Assembly (NCBI GenBank): GCA_051362555.1
Contig: CM120642.1
Location: 14,198,001 to 14,262,000, forward strand
Source of the DNA: Lingula anatina
Taxonomy: Eukaryota; Animalia; Brachiopoda
Direction: 5' to 3'
Length of the DNA: 64,000 nt
A program made the position numbers and the translations under genes. Below, piece by piece: positions 12,055 to 22,855 of the stretch (positions are counted from its first letter, which is position 1; every line of letters starts with the position of its first letter). The notes under the pieces were generated by a model. That model did not search any database. It was not told the origin of the DNA and was given only the letters and a program-made list of their open reading frames with translations.

Positions 12055-15000
12055 TACAATGGAGTTCTATGCTACAGTGGTTTTGACGCATGCACCGGTG
12101 CACTGTTAAATGTAAAAAAAAAAAAAAATGCAAATATCAAGTATTGCACCCAGCCATTGTTAACATTTATGAGGATTGTGTGTGTATAGTTATATTGAAA
12201 ACCATCACCAGGGTCAAGACAATGTAATTTAGTAAAGCCAACATTAATTTTTTTAACCAAAATATCCATACTTTGGGTTTCCTGAAAGATTTTTTTTCAG
12301 AAACAGAATTATAAGTATTAACTTACAATAAAGTTGGGAACGTTCATCATATATGGACAGTCATTAACTACATGCATTTCTATGTGTTAAAAGACTACTG
12401 TCAGAAAAACAATTCTCTGATTATACTTGTAAATAAAAAACCAAACCCAAGTTATAAGCAAAGTAAGCAACTGGCGCCATGTTACTTATGTTGGAGACAT
12501 ACTGTAGACATAAATGAATACAGTAACTACAGCTCACATAAAATCTATTATTCTGCATGGATACAGATACAAATCCATAGCATTGGGACCCCACACCCAG
12601 GATTCTACACTAAATTCTTATTGGTGTACAACAAAGAAATATAAAATAATGCAGATCTTTCATGCTCATGCGACATCATTTCCTTAAGCCAGAGATGGCT
12701 CTTTACACTGGGCAATAACACTTCCTTTAAAGCCCCTTCCACTAATGAAATGTCCATTTTTACATTAAGTTAAGTGCAGTCAAGGAGAATGAGCAATTAC
12801 CATTAGTTAATTAAAAAGCAGCTGACCACTGTCTGCCCATGCACTTAATCAACTCTTGGACACTAGAGTGACCCTTAAAGGTGGACAATACTGACCACAG
12901 CATCTCAACTTATTGCACGCTGTCTTTGGCTTTGATCTTTTTGTCATGCACATGCTCGATCAAAGAACTAACAGAACACAGAGCAGAACAATAGGTACAT
13001 CTCACACAGTAAGGAAATCCTTCCATTCTTTGCCTTGATGCTTTTTAAAGCAGAATACATCAAACACGATAACATTTTACACAAATATGCAAGACATGAT
13101 ATGTCATATATTTGGACACATATACCCTGAGATTGCTGCTTTGTTATTATTCATTCAAAAGCATATTACACTTGGAAACAGTTTACAAGCAAAGCTTTTT
13201 CCTATTTACCACTCCGACTTTCAGAGATTACTGGAAATTCGCCTTTATTACTGAGAGGTAATTTTTTTAGTAATTTCAAAAATACAGGGTGATATCTACA
13301 TGCATTGGAAAAACAAAGCATAAAATGAAAAAAAAACACACCTTTCGAGACATGCAAGTGACATTCTTTTGTGAAAAGTCATAAAAGATTTAATTTCATT
13401 TGTTGATGTTAATGTATATTGAAAATACAAACACATTGCACTGAATGGCATGCAACTGTGGTATTATCCATGGACAAGCTGGTAACTACTATATATTTTG
13501 AGAAATATGTTTTTCACAGTTTCTATTGTACAGAAAATAAAAAAGTGTAGTCCTATTTTGTCTCATTATTTTAAGTAATGGCCTGGGTTAGCATCGTCAA
13601 AGGTGTGTTTCCGGCATTTTATTTCATAAAATTTCTCCAACGCAGACATTGTTGGAACAAAACAAAGTAAAATAATGAATATTTGGCTGTTGTAGTTGTT
13701 GTTTCACTTCGATTGCTGCATGGTGGGTTTTTAGCGTCTCAAAGCTGAAAACAGAGCAATTACAAGTAAATGCAACACACCTCTTTGACATCAATCCTCC
13801 CCCACCACCCACATACTACATGTACTACACAAAATCTGGTTGGAAGACAGAATCTTTTGTCAATTAATTTCCTTATTTGTACAAAGAACATGAAGCACAC
13901 ATCCACCCACATATACAATGTCGCAGACACAACAAACAAAAATCTGTGAAGTGTGCTTAATTATATTCAAACTACAAGAAGCATTAAGGTGCAATTGCAT
14001 TTTAATATGAGTAAATCCTTTCAAGTGTAGGTGTTATACACAATTCCATAGAAAAACATGGACCATCAACTTCACTGAAATGTGAACATCAGTCTGGCAC
14101 ACTGCAGACAAACTAAGCATTACTGGATAAAAACAAAGTCATTAAATTTACTACTCCCTCACAACTCCCTCCACCTAGCCAAAGTGATTTTAGTATACTA
14201 GCTGCAGACATGCACAGAAAAATTTATTTTACATAAATGTGCAAGAAAACCTATCTAAGAGATGAAGACGTATTAACAAATTGATCTACCGTAGCCTCAG
14301 AAGTTGCCTGAAAAAGTTTAAATATACTATTTTTTCTACAAGTGGGTTATTAATCAGAAGGCACTTGGGAATATCATGAGACAAATAAAAGTATGACAAA
14401 TTAAATAAAATGAAAGTTTTTCTCTGAAAATCTCACTAGTGTCTGCATGATTAGTTTATCCACACCAACACCAGGAATCGTTACTCAGACAATAAAAATT
14501 ACCATCAGAATTTTAAAAAAATAGCAGTGAGGCTGGGAAATGATATCTAATGCACCCAATACACCTGAAAGCACCTACTCATTCACTGGAGTAAAACTCA
14601 ACCAACCATGCACATTGGATTGTTCTCAACACTTCTATATTTAATATCTAATCATCCCATGCAGCTGAAGCAATAATGAAAAAAAAAAAAAAGATATTCA
14701 ACACGTGCACCTTATTCAACCAAGTTAACTTTAGTGCCATTTGTTTATTTATTTGATTTATAAGATTTCAAAGATGGGAGAAAATAAGGCCATGTAAACA
14801 AAGGTGGCAACCCGCAGCAATGTACTGTAGATAAACAACACAAGTGCTGTTTATTTCTTTCACAGTGTTAGCAGGCAAGCTGATTTATCTGATGCGCAAT
14901 ACACCAACTCTCTGGCTTCATTGAAGGTCAATGGCCTACTTTTAATTCCTGAAAAGTACTTTTACCAAAACATGCCAAACACTGTGCAATTTCAGTTCAC

Positions 15001-18000
15001 TTTGAATAACAAAGAAAAAAGGTTACAATAGTTGTTAGTAGGTGAATTTACGGAGGCCTCTAAAAATAGAGTTCTACTAAAATAAACTTTAAGAAAAAAA
15101 AGGTCAAGTTAGCCCAAGTACATGACACTAAAAATCATAATCCAAAAGTCAACATAAATCTGCATAATATTTAGAGTGCACCTATATCCTTCCCTTTTAG
15201 AATGACTCATATTAATTTCCATGCACAAACAAACATGAAAGGTGCGACAATCCAGTAAGAAGTTCAAGGTCCAGGCAATCAATAGGTACATATCCACCTA
15301 TAATAAACTGCATGACCCACACTATTAGTAATATGGGGACCTGGGAGTGGAAATAATGCCAGCACCAGAGATAAAAGCATCCAGATCAGAAAGACCAGAT
15401 CTAGGGACAGGTACACAAGGGACATACAACTATTGACACAACAGCTTACTCATCTCGGGGAGTATTGATCAATTTTCGGACACAAGAAGGCTGTAGAACA
15501 GTTATGTCGATAACTCCAGGTTTTCTCCCACCATTCTGTCTCTCTCCCCCCCCAAATCCGACACCAGTTCCCCTCACCTCGGCACACCTAGGTGCCCAAC
15601 CCCTCACCAATTGATGAGGAAAATGAAAAAGAATATATTTTACTATGCAATAATGCACTCCTTGCTCTTGCTGGCCCAATTAAGGTTGGGTTCAATGACA
15701 AAAGTTAACAGTAAAATATCCTAACCACAAGTACACATGAACATAACCATCATGACATAAATCTAAAAGTTGCTTAGTTGCTATAGTTCTTTAAGGAATC
15801 AGCTCACTGTTCATAAAAAGGGGAGTACTGAATAACCTCATTTGTGACGTTATAAAAAGTCAGAAAAAAAGAACAATGGCAAGTAAAAAGTCTTGTGAGC
15901 AGTCTTGGTCGAATGAACTGCACCAAGATACACAGACACTGCCTTGGACGACTGTCCCATTGTGTTGTGTAACATACCAAGATCAATGGTCACATATGAC
16001 TAAACTCACAAGCTGTCCTTAATAAACCCCGCAGCCACCAAATCACATACCTTAAGGATTTCAGACTAATTAAGGATTCCAATATCATGATGGATTTTTT
16101 TTTGTCCTGGTAAGTGGCATGAAAGGTCCATACATCTTGGCATTGGGTAATGGAGTTTTGATCATAATCATGAGTGGTTTAATTAAGTAGAGAAGTAGCA
16201 CCAGGCAGGAGCAGACCACTGCACTCTGTTGTCAAAGCCAGGGTTTACGTCAGTGAAAACAATTTCCATGTCATTTTGAGTGTGCGGTTAATATGCCAGC
16301 TGGTGCTTAATGGATACAAAATATACATTGTTTAAATTAAAAGCATCAGATTTGCGTCAGAGGCATGGCTGTGGTGTCAAGATGTATTTTCAGTAAAAAG
16401 AGTGTGGTTTGAATGAATATACATGTGCATAAAATAGATGTCCTTCACTGAAAAGTACCCGGTTAATTTTGCCTCCTCCCCCTCTCCCTCTCTCCTGCCC
16501 ACTGCCACACTGCTCCAATTAAAACGTAACAGTTAACAACGGATCTAACAAATTGCAATCAATTAAACTTACATGAACTTGCACAAATGTATACAAATTA
16601 CATTAACTAATGCATAGTTGTATGACATTGTCTGTAGGCATGATGGGAGGATACAGAGTACACAACGAATACATTACAATTTGGCTTTGATATTTCATTC
16701 TAAAAGAGACAAAGTCCAAGTTAACTTATTTCAATGCCATATCATTCCATGTTCCTATGGTTGATCAAACATGTCATTGTGCTTTTCCCAATGACTTCAC
16801 AGACAGTGTCATACACAAAAGACAAGGACACATATGAGGACACAACATCAGAACTTTACCAATTCCAAACTCCATCAGCACATATGAGAGCACATAAACT
16901 AAAACATTTACAATAACATTTTCATACTGGAACACAATCTGATACAGGCTGCATTTATCATCAATAAGGAAAAGTGCCGATTAATTTTTTTTCGAAGTCA
17001 TTACTACAGGCCATGTCTGAACACCAATGGTTAAGAGGCCCTTTCAGTTGTTAAGGACACTAAAATAATGCCTTTTTTCATCTCAACTTGTTGCATTCAA
17101 GTGGTATTTCAGGACAGGCAGGTTCTTCACCGCAAGAGGCATTTCACAGGATTTTGTACATGATCCTTAACAAGGCAAAGATCAATGAACTGCCTATTTA
17201 CTGGATTTCTACTGAGACTGCCATTACTTGATCATGACCCTGTAGGGACATGATCTAAACAGACACCTTTCATCACTACTGCCAATTCCAATGGATTATA
17301 CTGCTTCTTGGCATTAATACTATGATGGAGTTTTTCCATGAGCCTCAACCCACATGACCTGCCATTATTGATTTATACAGTGTCCTGGCTCCACATTTTA
17401 CAGTAGGGGCACTGTATTGTGGATATAACCAACCTGTCCTGACTTTACCTCAGTTTACTGAACTGATAACATCACTTTCTCCTGGCAGTAGCTGCTATAA
17501 AAAGGCACTATAGCCTTAGATGACTCTACTGCACTGTCAATAGTAAATGCTGAAATTCAACATCTAATGCAACAAGCCAAGTGGAAAAGGATGTCCTTAA
17601 GAAATGGGGTTTGTTCTTAACACTAATTGGAGTGTAACCCTTCAAGAGCCATGTCTTAGCCTTATGGTCTTATTGTAAGGTTTTCATAATTTTATTTATC
17701 ATATCTCATAAAATGCAGATGGAATTTGTAAATGGTGACATTTCAATTTCAACACATTTCTTTTAATTCTTAACTACTTAAAGAATACTTTCAGAATTTT
17801 TTCATAAAATAAAAAATAACATCAATACTGGCCAAAACATATTCATCTAAACATTTGTTACAAACTAATCCTTCCTCTAAATACTCTACAGCATATCCAT
17901 TTCATCCTCATCATCTTAACTAATGAAAGCGAGGGACAACTCTCTTACCTAAAAACCTCTTCTTTCTCAGTTTACAATTTTTCTTTGCAACTTGCAGCAA

Positions 18001-20478
18001 GGACAAAGTATTGGTAACAGTCCAATTTGGCAGCAGAGTCGTCTTTCTCTTATCATCACTGTCTCTTCTGGTTCAAGTTGTACTTGGATTAATTGTTTCT
18101 GTTGAGAAAGGTCAACGCCACAGCCTTATTGCCCATCAGTTAATCTTTTGGCAAGGCAATGTCCTTGAGTATTACAGGTACAATTCTGTCTGGGATGAAA
18201 ATTGAGGAATAGCTGAAAACTGTCTGGAAGTAGAGAAAGTCCACCACTTTCCTCGACTCATGCTGGTTCTCTCTCTTTTTTTTTCAATTTGGCAATATTG
18301 CACACTCTTCTTCATACTTTTTTCTTTGACATGTCTTTGTCATTATTGCACAATCTACAAGTTACTTCAGCTATTATTACCCACTGTTCAATTCATCTTT
18401 CTGTTTTTCTTCTTTTTTTTGTTCCATATTTCGTTTATTATGCTTAATTCTAATTGATCGATTGTTCCCACTTCATTATGACATTATTCTTTTCTGGTCT
18501 ATCAAAGAACAGGAGTACACTGCTATTTCACTAGATTTCTAACTGTAAATTCTCTTAACTACTCATAATATTCAATATTTTCTTGAAAGAATCATAAGAT
18601 TCAATATTTTCTTGAAATGAATAAGATCTTTGGAATAATACTGTCTTTGGTAAATGCTGGATTGGAGTCAGTACTAATACAAACTTCGTCTAAGATGACT
18701 CTTACAATATAGTCATCAAACCTTAATTTCTACTGCATTCATGATCTTTCCAGTAACAAATGTTGACAAGATTAAAGAGAATGATTGCTCACTGACCCAA
18801 CAAGAATTGGCAAATGCAGATACTTTCAGTGTCAGTAACTGAGGATACATCAGAATCATTACTAACTGTGAGATCATTACTGAAGAAAAGAAACCAACAA
18901 AGCCAAACAGAAGCTTGAGCGAGTGATTGATGGAGCGTAGTATGATTAACTAGGCAGTCTGAGTCAATCCTCTTAGTAAAGTTCTAATGGGCTCTGGGAA
19001 ATGACTGGTTCACTGAATGTTGACCATAAGTCCATTGTTGGCACAGGTCCAACTACCTCTGAGGTGAAACATGGAAAGCTGCGATTATCATGCCCAAAGA
19101 AGGTGAAACGCATTTGACAAAGTCATCTTCTGTAAGAGAGAAACCCCTCTCTTAATACTGCAGTCCTCTATGGATTCACATCAATTGTCCCATTTCTGTG
19201 AAAAATTTATGGTTATCTTCACTTTTTGTGTCAATACAGAGTCAATGACCCTCAAATGTTATCTATAACACTTGTCCTTGGATTTGTTGTTTTTGTGCCA
19301 AAGTTATTAATTTAAGCAGAGTACAGATAAGGTATCCTTTGTTTATAGGTAGTGTAATACTGCTATACAGTCCTACTGGCCTCTATCCCTGTAGAGTATC
19401 TAAATCATCTGATAAATGTAGTGTCTCCTTTCTCTGTTTCTGAAGGCTTTCATAATCGTCATGCTTTTTAACTACTCGACTTATATTTTCACTGTCATTA
19501 AAAAAGAAAGGGGGATGTCTTGTCATGTCTTGTTGACATTTACGATCCTGTTAACATTGCCTTATGTGATAACTGAGATAACGGCATATATTTGATGTCT
19601 CTACTTCTTGTTCTTTTGTCTTGATTTCCCATGGTGAAATTGACACTCGATATACTCCAAATTGACAGTTTTTTTTTTTTGGGTTTTTTTTCTGTTTCTA
19701 TCATGAGAAAAAAGATAGTGCCTCTCTCAGCATCTCACATTACTTAACCTTCCTTACTGAATCGAATGACTGACATATTCTACTCTACTTCTACTTTTCT
19801 TAAACATCAAGGAACATGACAAAGATGCAAATACAGTTTGTCTACAAACATCAAAATACTAATACTGAATGATATTACAGAATAGTAAAACAAAGAAAAA
19901 TAACAGAAGATCTTCAAACTGAAAACATTAATGAGTTTCTTTTGTTTGTAAATTGTCTTTGTTTCTCCTACTTATGACCTGGTTGCCATGCAGAAATGAT
20001 GGATCACCTTTGTTAGTTGCTTATTTCATAAATAATGCATCAACTACAGACCAAAAAGGTATGCATTAATAGTACCAGAAATAAATGTTAATGGCATGAT
20101 CACATTTGCAATACATGGAATGCTGGTATATCAGTGAGAAAGAGCATTTGTTGTGATAACAATGGTTTTCTCATAAATTATATCATTTCTTCCTTTTTTC
20201 TTCTTTTTTTCTCTTTTTTTCTTTTGATTAAAATAAATGCAGCTAGGATTTATGCTGAGATCGGAAGCATGTTGTAAATTCTTTCTTTGTTGTTAATGTC
20301 CTTGTCGTTAGGTGACAAATCAGGACTTTTTTCATTTTTCTTTATTTCTTCAATGTTTATTTCAGTCTTTTTTTTTTCTTTCTTTGTTCTTTTCGACTTA
20401 ATTTTTTCTTCTTCAAATCCTGTAATAAAGTTTTGTTTTGACCACTTTTTTGAAGGTCACATCTTTCGTTGGTTTAGA

Positions 20479-21754
20479 TCTTTGGATAGTTTAGGTTGCT
20501 GGTTGATGTAGGTCTTTGGTTTGCGTTAGTCTTTGGTTGGTTTAGGTCTTGTCCTATGCACCACTTTGGTAATTAGCCATTAAAGCAGCTACCTTGAAGA
20601 CTGTATTGCTATACAGAATACTCTAACTGCAGGTGAGTAATACCGCGCTTGAGTGATCACCGCTATGGTGATTACTTGAGTATTGATTAATAAATGTCTC
20701 ATCCTTACTTCATAATTAAGAACCGCAAAAGCTGTTCACGGAGGTCTAGACTTTGATTACCATATTATGCAATGTTTCTATTCCCAGGAGTATGAGATGG
20801 AGGAGATTGGATGCAGTGGGTGGGTTTCGTGGTCAGGAACAGCTTTCGTTCTGGTAGACCAATAATGAAGTGGAGAGCTGACTAGCTGAGATTCATAGTA
20901 GTAAATACGTGATTCATCCTTAGTGAGCACCTTGTGATTGTAAGTTTCTTTGTTTACAGCTCCCCTGAGCTAAGAGTGATTAAAATGCACCGAGTGACCC
21001 CCGGCATCTTCATACGTCTCTCTGGAAAGACTAGTCCCAGGAGACCGCCTATTGTTCAACTTCCCAATCACCCTCGTTCCGAGCTTGGAGAATGAGATCA
21101 GAAGGCAGAGGTTAGAGCAGTTATCATGAGGCATTAAAAGTTAATGGCAGTGGCCTTCTTTCTGTGCAAAAGTTATTTCGTTGGAAGACATTACACATAG
21201 TCAACATCAGCGGCTCTTCCACTGGTCAACAGTAACATGTATGATGGAAGCAACTGACTATTTATTGTATCATACTAGAATCTGTAATAAAGGGGAAGAG
21301 CTACAGAAACATATGACACCCTCTTCAGGCTCATCCTTCCGTACCCTGCTGTTGTCTGTTACCCTGAGTTCCTCTGAGACTCTTCACCGGACATTTCCAC
21401 CAGACGCTTGGGTGTCTGGGGCCTGCACTAAGAACGTGCATTCCTTACAATCTTCTGTGAGATGCGGGGTGATGACGCTTTAGCTGACAACGATGAACCT
21501 TTTCCCTGAGACTTTAGCTTTGACTAGATGGAAGCCCATGTTGGACTGGCAATTGGCACTTGACATTCGGATTTCACATCCATCTTGATTGTGACGTCAC
21601 ATCACCCCATTACATCAAACAGAACTACATGAAATCATCATACCTTTAAAAACGCATCCCTATATCTGTTTCATGGCACAGTGATGAGAAGGTTGCTGGT
21701 ACCGACATCATGGAATCCCCTCTTGGCAGTGATATGGTGTGCATGATGAGGTAG
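20479..21754 (-). promoter_or_regulatory. Dense block of seed-match sites for many conserved miRNA families
   Basis: Plus strand spells the 5' ends of miR-9, -137, -12, -1993, -279, -1175, -219, -125, -277, -71, bantam, -34, -7, -10, -36, -96, -183/263, let-7 and others (coordinates in findings). Confidence 0.7.
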
Positions 21755-22639
21755 CAACTCTAGAAATATAGAGGGGAGACCACTGGGGCTCTTGTGCAGC
21801 TATATTTGGGAGGCGGCCAGGTGTCGGTACCTGCAGAAGAAGGTGGTAGTTATTTTTTTTTTAGATCAAGTACAAAACCACGGCATCTCAGTTTTAGTTT
21901 TAAAAAATGTTATTTCAAATTAAAATTAAACTAAGAGTGTTCTCTATGCCCCTGTTCACTATCTTATGGCTAAATGAGTATAAATGTGTACATTCTGTTT
22001 GTTAAAAAAAAATAAATAAAACGGTCAATATGCCAAAATAAATGTATTAACTACAGGCATGATCAGGCACATAACACATTCTAATATCACGATTCTGGGT
22101 AAGGCTTGTGTACTAGAGTGAACAAAATACTATAAGAACTGGTACTTTTAAGTGCAAATTGACGTATTCTTTTATTTATTTTATGGATATAAATACTAGA
22201 ACACACCTTTCAGCTTGATCAAAATATATATCCGGTTTGAGATTTGAAAACACACGTGCTGTCCCAGGAAGTACTACACTTCCTTTTTTAAAAAAAAAAA
22301 CTTGGTGTGAAAAAGTTTGTTTTCATTATCGTTCAAAACATTAAGCTGAGAAATATTTGAACTCTAGCCAAATTTTGTTCCTACAGAGCATCAGCTGATT
22401 TCAGTTGATTTGGGTCGTTGCCAACAATGTCACTGACTTTAAAACCAGCCTTTTTTATAAAAGCCGTAAAAATTAATACACTTAATTGCCAAAAACTTGA
22501 ACCTTTCATTCTTTCCAAAAAAATATAAACACAGAGGACGGGCGGGACAGGTGTCTCCAAACTACGCAGTGAACGTGAAGCTGCTACTCACCAGCATAAT
22601 CGTACGATCATCCACCGTCATGTGTACGCGGCATTCCAT
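21708..22639 (-). CDS. Possible 56-aa spliced small ORF (join 22639-22592, 21830-21708): MECRVHMTVDDRTIMLVPTPGRLPNIAAQEPQWSPLYISRVATSSCTPYHCQEGIP
   Basis: First ATG after the inferred TSS, open across a phase-0 intron. No recognisable homology; overlaps let-7 and miR-34 sites, so it may be incidental. Confidence 0.25.
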
Positions 22640-22676
22640 CGACAGCACTCTGTGCTCCACGTACTCGGCCGCCTCT
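22592..22676 (-). ncRNA. Putative first exon of the long minus-strand RNA
   Basis: Strong donor CTG|GTGAGT at 22592/22591; CpG-rich; Inr-like TCAGA at ~22676, 31 nt downstream of TATAAAA. Confidence 0.7.
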
Positions 22677-22700
22677 GAGATGACACGGTTTTACGATCCC

Positions 22701-22855
22701 TTTTATACGGCGCACGTCACACGTTTCCTGAATTTGAGGTCTTTGTTGAGCGTGGATCCGTGTCAGTGATGTAATTCATTCACGAATCTCGTTGTCGAGG
22801 AGGGAATCCCATGTGATGTTGGTCACGTGACCGGAATACCCCTTTCCTTTTATAG
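22701..22855 (-). promoter_or_regulatory. Pol II promoter: TATAAAA (22707-22701), TGACG half-CRE (~22716-22720), palindromic E-box GGTCACGTGACC (22821-22832), second TATAAAA (22854-22848)
   Basis: Motifs read directly; canonical TATA-Inr spacing; lies at the CpG-poor/CpG-rich boundary. Confidence 0.65.

Larger units (their letters stand above)
1945..21830 (-). ncRNA. Putative giant terminal exon of a long non-coding (or micropeptide) RNA rich in conserved-miRNA target sites
   Basis: Acceptor CCTTCTTCTGCAG|G at 21831/21830; no credible long ORF; T/G-rich minus strand; CpG-depleted body; poly(A) signal at 1965; many same-strand miRNA-complementary sites. Continuity over 20 kb is not proven (internal introns or earlier poly(A) sites are possible). 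Confidence 0.65.

Noticed and set aside
2465-21483. The 60-144 aa ORFs listed by the track across this interval
   Set aside because: Many use non-ATG starts, with low-complexity composition, no recognisable domains and no consistent splice chain.
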